Assembly: GCA_053919585.1 (NCBI GenBank)
Contig: CM132795.1
Origin: Euprymna scolopes
Lineage: Eukaryota
Length of the DNA stretch: 48,587 nt
Reading direction: 5' to 3' (one strand)
Shown: positions 1-13,705 of the stretch, piece after piece
Layout of the letters: every line of letters starts with the position of its first letter
How positions within the stretch are numbered: position 1 is the stretch's first letter
Made by a program: the position numbers and the translations under genes
Notes under the pieces: model-generated
Seen by the model: the letters and a program-made list of their open reading frames with translations, nothing else
Database searches by the model: none
What the model was told of the DNA's origin: nothing

Positions 1-2609
1 CTTAACATGGGTAGGTTAAAAAATGCCTTTCGGAATAAACTCCCTTTTGTAGTTGGACAACCAGTGCACATTGACCAACCAAAGCTGTTTACCTGTTGAG
101 CCTTCCGAGCAAGGAAGGAACAGTTTGTTTTTGACTTCATTGTATGTCAGTTACATGTGCAGTAGGAAAGTTAGCATTGCATGTCAAAATACTAATAATT
201 CTGAAAGTATTTGTTAGAGCCCACCATAGCAAAATTTTAAGGGTGAGGGATCAATATTTCCAAGATTCTGCATAATTTTTAGAATTGCATATGTAGAAGT
301 TGAATTTTTATTGTGCGATTATAAAATGTTAGATTGTATATCTTTATACTTAGTGTAGTATGTACTGATGCTACACTTCTCCTTTTCTGTACTTCATGAA
401 GATTTCCAATCTCCTGACCATCTTTCTTTTTGTTCCTATCCAGTGTGAAACCTTTATTTTCAGGTGGATTTTCCACAAATTAAAAACCCACCTTATGTGT
501 AACATTGCTCTCGGTCGTAGGCAAGTAAATAGGAACAATAGGATAATGTTACGGTTAACATTTCTGTTTGAGCAATTATGGTTTTGGTTGGTTGTTGGCT
601 GTTTTTTACAAGATGTTATTTGTTAGTGAAAGTATGCAATAGTAGCCCAACAGTATGCCCGCCTCAAGGTTGTAATGGATTGCTAAATCACATGATTTGT
701 TTGATTCTGTGCCTCCCGAGTGTGTGTGTGTGTGGGGGGGTCACCTCAAACACACAAAAGGGAATAAATCTGAGAAAGTAGAATCTCCACTCCCGTTGCA
801 CCTCCTCTCCTGCCAGATTTGGAGTCTCTCTAGCACCGAAAAATGAAGCTCGTTTTGTTGTTTCCAGCTTCACGCGCACATGAGATTTTTGCGAGAACGC
901 ACAGAATAAAATGCTGGCTGCCAGCTTTGTTTTCCTTTTCTCGGCCTGAACTCACTCGCTGCACTCCCACGGTAAGACTTCTGTTTTTCTTAGGTTCTGG
1001 CCACAGATTCATTAAGTGTAAAAAAAAGAATGAATGTCCCATGCTGGAAAGTATGAATATATAAAATAAGCAGCATATGTATTGTACAAACCTCGGCCCT
1101 TGCTTTTAGGGGATCAGAATGAGAAAGTGTCTGAATAAATTAATGGGTATTTCTGCAGGTTAAACCCCGTGTAAACGTATTGGGCAAAGAAAAGTGGCTT
1201 ACCAAATTGTTTTGGGGTGTCAACGACACTGGGTTACAGCAGAAAAGAAATACCCAACTAATTCTCGGCCAGAAAAAAAAAATTTTTATACAATTACTCC
1301 GAACTTTTATAAAAAACGGAAAGTAACAATGAAAAGTAAAAACACTACTACGGTGGGCTTTGTTTTCATAGAAACTGTTTAGTAAATGAAAGGGAACTTT
1401 TCTAAGAAATTCCTCGGAGCAAAAGTAAATTTCATTGCGATTGTATTTGAATGCTACATTAGCGTTTGTTTAGCATGTGGAAACCGTTAACCCGGAATAT
1501 AGGAATGGCCAGAGCTCATTCAATCAGAATAGAATTAGTCTGGGAAAATTTTATTTTTGTAGCAGAAAAAGTAAAGATTACAAGGGGTTAAACCCGATCT
1601 GTCGAAAGTGCAGAATTCCTCCCAGTGATTACTGGGGGCAGTAAAACTTATTTAGAGGAAAAAACACTCTTTTCTAAAGATGATTGATGTTGCTCCTAGG
1701 ATAGAAATGTAGGATTTTATAAAACGACTGTCTAAAATGGCGTGCTAAAGACGGTGGTAGATATTATAGATATAATTTTTTTTCATCACACGAAAACAAT
1801 GAAATTGCGATACGAAAATCGCGTTTACCTAATTGATGCTTTAAATAACGTTTCCATCTGGTAAGCATTCAGAACGTGAACACCTACCGGTGTTTAAATC
1901 TAGCAAAAAACTAATGGTCAGATTTTCATGAAATTTTCGATACTTATCCATTTTAAAATGAAATTACATAAAATGCACTTGCTGTAAAATGAGGGAAATA
2001 TTTTTAGTGTTAGCCCACCTATATTTTTCAAAATTTAAAGAATACATTTAAATTGATCACAATTTCTATTATGAAACCAAGGTTCAACTAAGTATAAGAT
2101 TTATGTATTTAAGTTTAAATACACGTATTAAGCAAAAACTTAGCTTGAAGTTGCGATTAAAAAAACTGGCCTAATTTAATTTTTTAAATAGTTTTTTTTT
2201 TCTTATACTTGGAGTTGAATGGCCAAGAAAAAATTCCTAAACATTAGTTTTTAAGATTAAAACTATTAAAATTCCATTTCAAAATGTTACAACATATATT
2301 TTTAATTAATGGTGTTTAGTTTTTTCAAGTATTAAGTTATAATATAAACTTAACTATTGCCAGATATTTTATCACCATATTAAAACCGATTGAAAAATAT
2401 TGCACAAAAGTAAACATTTTGTAGATTACTACCATAACTGGCGTTCCTTTTACCAAATAAGTATGGAACCCGGTAATTAACATAATGAACAGTCGCACAT
2501 ATTTAGTAAAACTATTTCATATTTAATATACAAATGTTTATAATAAGCATAAAACTGTAAATCTTAACCTAAGTTATAACAGATTAATAATTGCAGTTTG
2601 GAAATAAGC

Positions 2610-3080
2610 ATAAGTCATTTGCTGCTCCATACTTCATATAGTTAACAAGTCTGACGTCACGGGATTATGTGCTCCATTCTTTGCAATCGTTTGACAATGC
2701 CTATAATTTATATTTGAATAATTTGAACGCGTTTAAAGTTACATGTTGATACTCATCCGAGGCAGGTTGTGTATCTTCTGCATTCATTCGAGTGCGTGTT
2801 GAACATGCACAAAGACTCCAATATTTTTCATAACACTTAAATTTTTTCTATTTCCTAAAACGTTGGCTTCATAATTTTGTTAGACGATCTCTGGTGTTAT
2901 ATAACCCTCATGATTCTTCGCTCTATTTCGAGTAGATGAAAAGCGTTACAAGTGCATGCTCAAATTTGATACGACCCAAAATAAATTGAACAAGTCTTTT
3001 GTCCGACTTCTATCCGTCCTCCAGGCGCATGATTTCAATCTGATTTTTTTTAACGTTTTTATCACTTTTGTTCTAGATTC
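2610..3080 (-). pseudogene. Possible pogo/Tigger-type transposase N-terminal remnant, heavily decayed
   Basis: Minus-strand fragments in shifting frames (IEIMRLEDG, AS...FKR, SNYSNI) resemble the CENP-B-like HTH region of pogo/Tigger transposases. Many stops, no TIRs located. Confidence 0.3.
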
Positions 3081-3739
3081 ATGCTTCGTTCAATTTTTTA
3101 AGTGCATTATTCCTGGTTATATTCTTGCAGGCGTTTATTTTATTTAATATTTCTGGTATTGTGAAAAATGGATTATACAATTGAATAGCATAACAATTGC
3201 ACATACATGCATATATATGCTCACTGCAAAGACACTCAATTTTTACGAAATAGCGCGGTGATAAGATAATCTCTTAAACAAAACTTTGCCAGGAAGTCTG
3301 TAATAGGTATAGGTGAATTTTATGAAAGCTTTTTAATGACAAAAAAAATCACCAAAATCGATCAAAAAATATTGAATAGCCCTGTATAAATCGATTTATT
3401 CAAATATTTTTTTTCCAACGGGCTACGTGGAAATAAGAGTTCACTTTGGTTTAGTACTCTTTAACTCGTTGGTGTAAAAGTACAAAATGGTTAACTTTAG
3501 TGTGGGCGAGCTTTAAGTATGGATTTCGGCATATTGTTATTTAGGAGCCCATTAATATGGCAAACTCTATAAAGATAGTGAAACCATGAGCAGAAACGAC
3601 GATCTCCATAGCAATGAATGCTCTTTAGAATGCTATGAACAGACCCACTTGGTGGGATACGTGAGTCTTGGTATACTAAAGAAATTGTAGAACTTGTTTT
3701 GATTTAATATTTTAATGATTAATTTACAGTAGTAACCAT

Positions 3740-4826
3740 GGGGGCAAGTTTATTTTTAATGTGTATCAATAATTTTAAGTTTAGTAATTGTGACGATTTT
3801 ACTAGTCCTAATGCATTTACGCACACGCTAGCAGCTCTGTGTGGTAACAATTTTTAGAGGGTTTGGGGTTTTAAGAATTTTGTAATTTATAGGGACGTTA
3901 ATAAAGGGGTTTTCCGCCTCGTGATATTATGCATTTGTGTGCGTGTGGGGAGGGGGTTACTTTTAGGAGGCCGATGAAGTCGGTAGATTTTATGCAGTAT
4001 TTACTATCTAAGGTTGGATAAGGTTTTGGCGATATTATATACTGGCGTAGGGATTTGAGATTATTGGTCTTAGAGGGTATCCTGTTTTGTGAATTTTAAT
4101 TTTCCCGTATATGTATCCGGGTTTAGTCTCCTATTAAGTTTTATTCCGATTTCGGCATTGTTTGATGTTTTAATATGGTTATTTTGTTTTGGTTATGTAG
4201 GATTTTTGTGGATGGTTTAAATTGTTTTATCGCAGAGAATGTTTATTTTCATGTTGTAGTCGGTTTTAAGATTGTGTACATATTGGATTTGTCGGCCATT
4301 CGCGGAGTGATGTCAGTATTGTAGAGTTCTTTGGTTGCTTCTAACTTTGGTTAGGAGGGGGTTAAGTTATCTGCGTTTGTATCTATTTTTATATCCTTCA
4401 GTTTTTAAGATCTTAAAGGTTAGTGTGGAGATTGTTTTGGTGGCGCATTTGGATTTCAGTATAACTTTTTCGTTATAATTCTTAGAGGTAGCAGTTGGGG
4501 CCAATGTTAAGGAATTATTTTGTTCACTACGGGGGGTGTTTGGTAGGTTTAAATGTTTTTTACTGTTGGGAAGGTAGATGTGGCCTTTGTAGAGTTGGTT
4601 CAGTTTTTGGTCTTTGTGTTCGATTTGGTCATGGTTGGAGCATTTGGAGATTAAGGATGGTTTGGAACTGAGTTTCAGTTTTTTCTTAGAGTTGTTTGTT
4701 TGACGTTCTTGCTTAAGGGTTTAGATAGCATCATTGGCGGATAGTATTTGCTTTCAGATCAGTTTTTCCCTGTAGTCGTTAGTAAACTCTTCAGTCTGTA
4801 ATGCAGGGTCGTTTAGAACAACCTTT
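3740..4826 (-). mobile_element. Penelope-like retroelement ORF remnant (N-terminal region to early RT motifs), frameshifted
   Basis: Minus strand reads KVVLNDPALQTEEFTNDYREKLI near 4826-4760, KPGYIYGKIKIHKTGYPLRPIIS/QIPTPVYNIAKT at ~4125-4022, and EAENPFINVPI (decayed DVxSLFTNVP) at ~3920-3890. These are PLE RT motifs. Confidence 0.85.
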
Positions 4827-4978
4827 GGGTGCCATTTTATACATGCCAGCTGAAATAAAAAAGGTCGTTCGGCAAATGGAAAAGATATTAAAAACTCTGA
4901 AAAGGAATGCTGTCGTGTTCAATCAGACGTGCTTGAATGACTTGCTACCATAATATACAAATATGTATGTGTATATAT
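4826..4978 (+). mobile_element. Inverted PLE ORF start / pseudo-LTR end followed by a TA-rich tail
   Basis: Plus strand reads LGAILYMPAEIKKVVRQMEKILKTLKRNAVVFNQTCLNDLLP*YTN, then atatgtatgtgtatatat. This matches the PLE N-terminal pattern RxxEK...FNxxCL..LLPxYT. Confidence 0.75.
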
Positions 4979-7099
4979 CATGCTGGCGTATCTGAAACTT
5001 TCTCATTTTAAGTAAAATAAAAAAAAAAACCAAGGTGGGGGTTCTAACCTCGTTGATATGGTAAACGTTCCCTTAATGTATGTTTTGTAGATATGTCGGT
5101 GTATTTGCCTTCTTCAGCATCTTTCATTCGTATTTTCGCCAGTTATTGCACTGTTGGCTTCGAGCCTTTATTAGCTGAAATGTGACAAAGAACTTTCTAT
5201 AAGTCTTATGTATTTTCAGCAGGTTCAGCTGACGAATTCCTTTTTTTTTCTTTTTTTTTTTTTGTTCGATAAGGTTGAAGTAGAATGAGGAAGTTGTAGG
5301 TCGCATCTTTTTTTCCATGGAAGTAAATGTAATTCTGGAGAGTAAAAATAGGATATGCAACTGGGATTCTTTTTGTAACCGATTAAGGTGTTATCAATTT
5401 ATGCTTTCTATTAAGTTTTCTTAGTCTAAAATAGTTGCTCTCAGGTTTGCAAACACGCATATTTTTTGTATTCAAAATATGTATTGGTCATGTTTTTACA
5501 TTCGTCATGTAATTAAAAATTTTTTTTTTTAATTGTACATATCCGACGCAGCGAAACTTGAATAACCTGGATTTTGAACTTTTGTAGTTTTATAACCTTC
5601 ACGGCATTTTTAAGCGACCCCCCCCCCCACAACTTAACTAAATATAGTTTAGATTTGAACATGCTTTACAGTTGAAAGCCATCTTGAATATTACCATAGG
5701 ATTTCTTTCGGGTACTAGTAAAACTTTACATAGCATCTTCAATAACTAGATGCTATCAAATTAATTCTTTTTCCAAATCCTCGGACTTTTCACCAAAACT
5801 TAATATTCTGTAATCTATCGGTAGTCTTTACATATTACAGCATTCTCAGTTCCCAAAATTTGAACTCTTAATTAACCATATTTCAATACTAGCGGGACCT
5901 GTGGAAATTCCACTGGGGACGGATTCATGTGATGTTGGCATTCTGTAGATATTCAGTGTAAATGAAGATGCTCTGTAGCTATTTTAAAACTGCAAAGGTA
6001 TTCATCCAAGCTAGCAGGGACGCTCGGCGTAGCCAGGTTGTAAAATACTCTATAATATATACGAAATCTGCAAGAATTAAAATATATTTAAGTTAACGTT
6101 CTATCGATTTTTATATTAAGTTGCGATTTCAGAAAAAATGACTTCGGTTCATCAGCTTGAACCGAAACTTATGATTTTTTGATAAAATGCTTTATATAAA
6201 AAAGCATTACTTAAGTGTCATCTATAATCGAAACCGAAATTATGAAGAATTCTTAGTAAAATTTATTACAAGATATGGAAATGTATAACAATTAAACTAC
6301 GCTGATGTAAATGCCACAGAAAATAACACACGCTATCGTATTAATAAATTTAATAAATCATATTCATGAAGATAAGATTTTTTTCTTTTGCACTTGTTTC
6401 TAGTCATTAAATTTAAGTGAAAAGTATCTTACCTTGTGTATATTGGGATTTTATTTAGAAAGCTTTTAGTATTTTAGCAGACATTTACATTGGGGTTGAT
6501 TGGACCAGGTGATTTTTAGACACCATAATCTTTACCAAATTTGGCATTAACGAGGTCTATCAGTTGTACTAGCATTTGGCTTCATAGAATCTCCTCTTAG
6601 GTGAAATGGCCTCCATGATTTTTTTTTTTTTTTTAGGAATAAACGAGATGCCTCCCTCCACTTGTTGATATTATCAATTCATCTTGAGTATGAATATTGT
6701 TTATTGTATTCCTTGTAATTCTGTTGGGTCCTTTCTTGTCAATTCTTGTACACCCGTTTTCAGAGAGGATCCTTCATGCACTCGCGGTTTCTGTAGGTAC
6801 TCTATCCAAAAAGTACCTTTTCCACAGATTCTAGTATTGGAATGAGTAATGGAAGTATAAAAACTCTTCCCCTTTGAGTAAGGGATCTGAAAAATGTAAG
6901 GCTAACTTCAGATTCTAAAATCAATTTGACTTAAATAAACGATGACAAAGTGAAAGATAGATGAAAATCTCGCAACTTGTTGTGCAAAATCTTGGATAAC
7001 ATATCTGAAGCGAAGGTTAACAAAGAAAATTATATTTAAAAATAGAAAATTCCTCACTAAATCACCTCGATAAAAACTTAGTCGATTTTAGTATCAGAA

Positions 7100-7550
7100 T
7101 CTGTAATTGTATCGGAATTGGCTTCCATTGGATACAAATCTAGAATCTGTTATGGCTGGGGAAGTTATCAACGATAACAGAAAATAATCGGTCTGGGATG
7201 GCTATACCAGGATATATACCCTTGGCTTAAAAATGCCGAAATATGTAGAGCTAATCCCTTGAATGTAAACTCTTGCCATTCCAGAGATAATATAGTATTT
7301 AATACTTATGAACTCTATACCTAGACAGAAAAACGTGCAGCAATAACTGAAAGTGGTAAAATGCCTTCCATACAAAATGTGCCATGAATCTAGCAATGTA
7401 TTTTCTCAACATGAAAAGACTTACATTTTCTCTATTAAATGGAACTCTAAAAAAAATATGCAAATCTATAGTTATTCATTTACCATAACTTATTTGAAAA
7501 GTTTTCAATCCATATTGGAATACCAAAAAACACCAAATGAAGCTCAGTGA
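7100..7550 (+). pseudogene. Possible decayed non-LTR retrotransposon RT fragment
   Basis: ggtctgggatggctatacc resembles the (P)GxDG motif. Downstream FSLLNGTLKKICKSI resembles RPISLLNxxxK. Multiple stops and frameshifts. Confidence 0.3.
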
Positions 7551-9299
7551 ACCAAATGAAGATGAAATGCCTATACCATGTCTTGACTTAGGATGAGGGC
7601 AAAGTGTAATTTTTAATAGGGGAGAAATCCTGAACTTTGACAATTTTCTCTCAAACTCAGATTCTTTTGAAATCTGAATTTTCTTAACACTAAAATGAGA
7701 CCGTGTCTCTAATTTTATCTTTGTGGTAAGGCAAATGACATTCAAATAAATTTTCTACACAAATTGTAAGTTAACAAATTTTAACTATTAAACACCCATT
7801 ATGTGAATGGGAGCAGACATGCTTCAAAAATCCTCTTCATACTGTATCCATGATGTAATCTATACGAAATAATGTACTTTACAAATAACTGCAAAATATT
7901 TTGGGAATAATTATAAAGTCGCTTCGTAAAAACTTTTCTTGTTTGTTGACAATACTAATACGTGAATGGCTGCTGGTTATTTGTCGCTTACGTAATTTTA
8001 CCCCTGAAAATTACGCATTCAAAGCGTTCTAGGTATGACCTTAAAACATCCACTGGTAAAGCCCTATTTTGGGAATGTAGAATTGCCCTTTTGTCACAAA
8101 TGCTACCAGTTTTACTTCGGCTAGACTACTTGGATACTAGGATACTTGCAACTGTCGAAAGATACTGGTTTCTTTAAAAAAATCCACCAAAGATTGTTTT
8201 TGGTGTTATTTTCCTTTGTAGAATATGATTGAATTTTGCAATGTCAAACATTTTACTTCTACAAACCAGCCAACTAAACCACACGTCATAAGTTATTCAT
8301 AGATATAAAGAACTTGAGTAACAAATTACTGGAATATGCATTAAATAATTTAAAAAGCGTTGATATGCCGTAAAAACATTTTCAGAATTGTTACTCCATT
8401 TTGTAAACAATATAGAAAACACTGGGCATTTTTGTCAAATATTGCTTACTAACTTCATATTTAAGACTGTCTGCATATTGAAACCATTAGTAAAATCATC
8501 CAATAAAAACTGGACGAATTCTCTCGGACATAATTTGTATACATATTTGTGAAAAAGATGGTATAGCTCTAAATCATAAATATTTCAATTAGAATTAAGT
8601 GAAATAAAAGTATGGTTAGGGTTTTATACTAAGGGTCAGAAAAAGAAAACCTTGTCAAAATGTATATCTATAGAATATCTTAATCTTCTAGATATTCCCA
8701 AACCTATTTTTAGTCTGTTCTTTCTCCTGGAAACTACTGGGATATTAGGATGACATTTTGTATAGACCTTTGCTACGAGAAGGAGTAGCGAACAAAGTAG
8801 TATTTATGTTTGAATTAATATTAATGCAAAAATTAGCACGAATTTAATCATTCATCCATCAATTTTGCATAATGCAGACCGAAGTCAACGTGCTATAATG
8901 TTGCTTGTTTTTACTGTGCAAAATGCCACTTTATAATTACAAATGGTAAAAAAATAACCCATGTGTCTAAATCTCCCCAGAACTCTTCCAGTTCACTACG
9001 AAAGCAGTGACAATACGAGTATAAGAATACGATATAAGAAATTTAAAGTGACAATAAAATATTTATACTAAATTGGTTGTGACAATGTATATTAATGTCA
9101 GAGCCTAGCGTTTTTGTAGGTTTTTTTTTAAATTTTTATTTGATCCTTCGTCGTTGGTTTATCCTCACCATAATTTTCACTAAATAAATTCTATATTCTG
9201 AAATGGAGATAAGTATTGAATGATTTATTAATGTACTGCAAATCCCACGGCGACCAAAATGATCACAACGATAGAAAAAAAGCAATACTCAAATAACAG

Positions 9300-10150
9300 A
9301 AAACACAATAATTCAATACTTAGTGTGAAGCCCTTAGTTTCAATCACACTGACATCTGCATAAAGAAATTTGGTATCCTGCTGATCTTATTCCATTATTC
9401 CTGAACAGCGTTCCATAAGTAATCTTTTGGATTTCGTGTTTTAAAACGGTCTGAAAACGTCTACCACACATTTTCAATAAGATTAAGATCAGTTTTGAGG
9501 CCAATTTATAAATGTTTTTGCCTTGAAGGTTCATGATTCTTAGTCTTGTAACATGGGGCGTTGTTTTGCATGATTATGGAAAGCAAAAAAATTTACGTTA
9601 TTTATAAACATCTGCTCCTTGTAATCTCACCAATAGCCCACACGATCTCCAGATATCAACTGAAACCATGACTTCCTCCACTGAATTTAAGGCACTTACT
9701 CGACAATTCTCCACCTACTTTTCAACGAACGTAAGTTTCTCGAAGTACATTAACAAAAACCTAGATTCACCACTGAAATGCATTGTCATAACCTGTCCGT
9801 TTGCAAAAGCAAGACTACACTTTTTGATTCTTTGAGGATATCGGTTGCTTCACTACAGGTGCTCTAGCTAAAAGTTGGTCAGGAAGGCAAGTATTCCTAG
9901 ATAATGTTTTTCCTAGTTGAATGCTCATTTTCCAAGGAACAGCAGCAGTTTAAAAAATTTTTTTTAACTAACTTTACTATAGCATATTCTCTTCGTCGTT
10001 ATTCGTGGCCTGCCTGTAGACGATCTTGCTTCTGATAAACCACAATTATTTTAGACCTTAATACTGTGAGCAATAGTTCAGCTCATTAAAGATCTCTGCT
10101 ATAGCACTAATATGTAGATTATCCTTCATTCGAAGCCTGATCTAACGAAT
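9300..10150 (-). pseudogene. Decayed Tc1/mariner (Tc1-type) transposase
   Basis: Minus-strand motifs in the expected order: TGRPRITTKR, ARAPVVKQPISSKNQK..LAFA, HFSGESRF (FSDESKF), MQNNAPCY (QDNAPCH), WPQ..DLNLIENVW, WNKI. No TIRs recognised. Confidence 0.75.
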
Positions 10151-10315
10151 TGGTAACGGAGTTGGTGGCATTATTTTAAAGTAAACTGCAAATATTCATA
10201 CTAATGTTTAGCAGACGAAGCGTCACGAACAAACTCGAAATGGAACTCGCCGGTTAAACTAAAACACTGAGCAGACGTGGGTGTTGCAATGAATCCATCT
10301 ATTACATTTTGATAA

Positions 10316-10918
10316 TCTGTATTACATAAAAGGAATTTAATCTGTCAGTTCGTTCCCTATGGACTAGAAACCGGCTGTGCCGATTTTAATGACCTTTCAC
10401 ACTATGTGCCTGGCAGTGTTTTTAGATAGGTTTTGTACTGGAACGTCCTTGATTAAATATCGATAATCCAAATGAAAGGAACAGACGATTTATAACAATG
10501 TTTAAACCTTACATAGCCTAACATCACAAGTGGATTTAAAGTTTTATCACAAGCCGAAAGGCCCAACATATCAACAGCTGATTCTTTGATATGACAGGCG
10601 CATTCGAAATGAATCTTTTAAAACACAATTGAACCATGACACTGGACTTGAACTTAAATTCAAGCCATTATATAAAAAATTCTATAAAATCAATTGTAGG
10701 TTCTCTACAGTGCAATGTAGATTACAATGTATTTTGGACTCCCTGCGGGGAGGTATTTGAAGCTTCTTCCTGGAGCACTGCAGTGGGTCTCTAACTAGAG
10801 CAGGCAATCAGTTGATTTGATTGAAAAATGAGTAGTTTCACTGATTACAATAAAATATGGAAGTGAAACATTCGTTGATCCTATTTCAATTCTGAGCAAT
10901 GTCGGGTCTCCCTGTTAA
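10316..10918 (+). mobile_element. Non-autonomous Helitron-like element, decayed
   Basis: Starts a|TCTGTATTACATAAAAGG...ccggctgtgccgattttaatg. Ends ctgagcaatgtcgggtctccctgttaa|t, a decayed form of the GC hairpin plus CTAG|T terminus, related to the ends at 36921 and 37425. Confidence 0.55.
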
Positions 10919-11559
10919 TCATAACGCCAAAATTGTAATTTCTGAAAATTGTATAATCTAACTCAACTTAGATGAGTTATATTTACTTTTTACTTTATCG
11001 TTCTGATCATTACGGCGTTCACTGCGTTGTGAAATGTTTCATTGGCCTAACAGTAGCCGGGATGATTGGGGCACATTTAAAGGAATAAATATTCCTATAA
11101 TCCTACAAAATTATTTGCGAGCTTGTAATATTCTTGGTAAAAATTGAAAGGCATGAAGTTAACTGGTCATAAGTTTCAAGATATATAATCTGGAAATAAT
11201 TGAAACAAATTTAATCTATATCAGAATTTCTATCTGAATTAAACTAACTCCAAGGAATCTGAAGTGCACTTATTTGATCTGGTGCAATAAGATCAGGCTG
11301 TCACAAGATACAGGCTTCCTGACCGACCTAAAATGCACTAAACCTTTTTCTCTTTGCAAATTTTAACCATGTTCTGCAGTGCAAAAACAATTTTTTCCTC
11401 TAAAACTAAACATTATGAAAAGATATTTGAATATATAAAGAACTTGAGGCATAAAACTCTTTTTCCAAGAGTACTGGATTTGGTATTAAATAACCAAGGC
11501 TCTATATGCCGTAAGTCATCTTCGTGTACAATTTTACTAGTTAAATATTTCTGCCACAC

Positions 11560-12800
11560 ATTTGAACACTTTAATTAAACGTGTGTAATGGACCTTTGGA
11601 AGTTTGGGCAAACAGTATATATCCTATCATCTTAGAACGACTTCGGTCTTAGACCGGTTTTGATAAAGATTCTCTTGTACAACTTTGTTTTAACATTAAT
11701 TCTTGCAGGTTCTGGGTATGACTTTAAAATACCTCTAGTCGTGAGTCCCCATTTTGGACTCGAGATGTCCCTTAGGTTGCTCTTAGGTCCATTTTAGCCT
11801 GAGATCTAAGTATCTCATGTTGCCAGATCAGTGTCTGAAGATATTGGCTTCTTGGCCAAAAGTCGCCAAAACTAAATGGTTTTATTTTTCCTTCGCAAAG
11901 TGCGATCATGCTTTAGAAAGTCGAAACAACTTTCTAAAAATCTCTAAATATTTAGTGTTTGGTTTGAAGTACTTGCAAAATAAAGCCTTAAGTTATTGAA
12001 TTTGACATTAAACCTGAAAAGGGTCGATATACCGTAAAATAAAACTAAACTGAATTCTTGTAAACTGGGTTTAATTACAAAAAGTTCGAATAACTCTGAC
12101 ATTTCTTAAGTCAAAATTCTGGTTCAGTAACAGAACTAGATATGAGCTTTTGCAACTGGGCAATGCTTTTTTTTTTTTTTTTTTACCAGAAAGTTCTGAA
12201 TCTAACTCGCAAATTAGTTTGTAGTCACTTAAACACCAAACTCCTTTATACAGTGATAGTTTTTCTTTTTGCTGAAGTGAGCATTGAACTGACTATATTA
12301 AATGAAATACAACGTTAAAACCTGTTAACATGGTTCTGTCGTGAAATGTTCCTCCTGGGAAAAGTGAATCGGTAATTTGTCTATCGGTTAATAGATATTG
12401 TTCATCGCCTATGGATAATTCTATAGAATGAAGGTATATCAAGAGGTCATACAAGTTTAACCTTGCTATTATAGTCTTGTACATTTATTTGCATAAATAG
12501 GGTCCAAACACTTAGTTTTTTTTATGCTTAAGATGCATGGTTTTAAATGTGGAATAAGCCATGTGAAAAGAAACCGAACCTTGACTATCGACTGAACTTA
12601 CCCTTGCATTTATAAGATTTTCTGTAATCGGTGAGTATGCCATACGCTCTAATTAAAACTTAGTGTTTTAACCATAAGTTACGCAGATTGTAACTCCTAT
12701 CCCCTAGGAAGTTATGCATTCGGTTAAACTTGTAACTGTAGTGTACCATTGCATGCCCAATAATTCTCAAAATTTGTATAACTATATAATTGTCATTTAG
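11560..12800 (-). pseudogene. Decayed L1/Tx1-like LINE ORF2 remnant
   Basis: Minus strand gives FGPYLCK*MYKTIIARLNL...SIELSIG (~12505-12410), resembling the L1-clade RT segment FGPxFxxxIxxLY preceding the RQG motif. The surrounding sequence looks like decayed coding DNA. Confidence 0.4.
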
Positions 12801-13521
12801 TAATAAATTTGGGAATGTATGGAAAAGGTAAAACCTTTTGATAAGTTCGCTTCTGTTTATCGTTGACTCCTTACTTAGCTCATATTGTAGCCAATTAAAT
12901 TCTGCATCTTAGGAAATTTTTCTCTGGAGTATTCTGTCCAAATTAGAACAGAATTCCAACTTTGGTTATCAATGGTATAGCTTTGACTGACTTTTGTTAC
13001 AGTATTAATTGCATCCAAGAGATGGTTGGTCGGTCTGTCATGCTTAAGTTTGAAATAGCTTTTTTTTTCTTTTTTTTTTTTTCACAATGAAATCAAATAA
13101 AATAGAGGTTCAGAAGATTTAAATTCAGAATTTTAAAGGTAGAATCTTCCAAATCTGGAATTCATATGAATTATAAAGAAAAGGATTGTTCGTGTTCTAA
13201 TATCGACTATTTTAGAATCTTTCAATTTCTTCATTGGTTTTCAACCCTTCAAGCACAAATATTATACAAATCGTGAAACGTGATATTCTATTCATGTCGG
13301 TAATAAAAGTTTTATTTAATTTTGCCATTTTAAATGCAAATATTTTTTAGTTTCAATTCTATTGTTCTATATTCAATTTAACATTGAAAAGGATCAATTC
13401 GTACAAATGATTTTTCCATTTTGCGCAATTTCTCTAGCTTTAAAACTGCATCACTATCTTTTTCACCTTGTATAATTTTTATGTATGTAATCTAATACTA
13501 GTCATAAAAGTAATACATTTT

Positions 13522-13705
13522 GGTGCTAGTGCACTTACTGATCCGCGCTATTTTTTTAAATCGTATTTCCAAGTTTAAAGTTTTTTTTTATTTAATTGTA
13601 AGGTTAAAGTATAGAATAGGTACAAAACACCCTCCCCCTCCGCATGTTAAGAATGGATTTTTAAATAACGTTATTTCAGCACGGATCAATAAGTGCACTA
13701 GTACC
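13522..13705. mobile_element. MITE with 28-bp terminal inverted repeats
   Basis: Left ggtgctagtgcacttactgatccgcgct (13522-13549) matches the reverse complement of 13678-13705, ggtactagtgcacttattgatccgtgct, at 25/28. AT-rich non-coding interior. TSD unclear, superfamily unassigned. Confidence 0.75.

Noticed and set aside
1-1060. Possible decayed Gypsy gag/protease on the minus strand (SLLGR and a gag-like stretch)
   Set aside because: Only one short motif and no zinc knuckle, protease active site, PBS or LTR found; not supportable.
1158-1594. 17-bp imperfect inverted repeat (15/17) resembling piggyBac TTAA-CCCC ends
   Set aside because: Short, left end is out of register with a TTAA target site, and the interior is uninformative.
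3630-3670. cccac-ttg-gtggg hairpin followed by atacgtgagtc, like a PLE hammerhead stem II
   Set aside because: Neither CTGANGA nor GAAA is intact.
5085-5120. Minus-strand CTGAAGA-aggc...acc-gacata, HHR-like
   Set aside because: No GAAA and no stem I pairing.
6143-6166. 9-bp perfect inverted repeat ttcggttca/tgaaccgaa overlapping a minus-strand CTGATGA
   Set aside because: No stem II or III compatible with a hammerhead; isolated hairpin.
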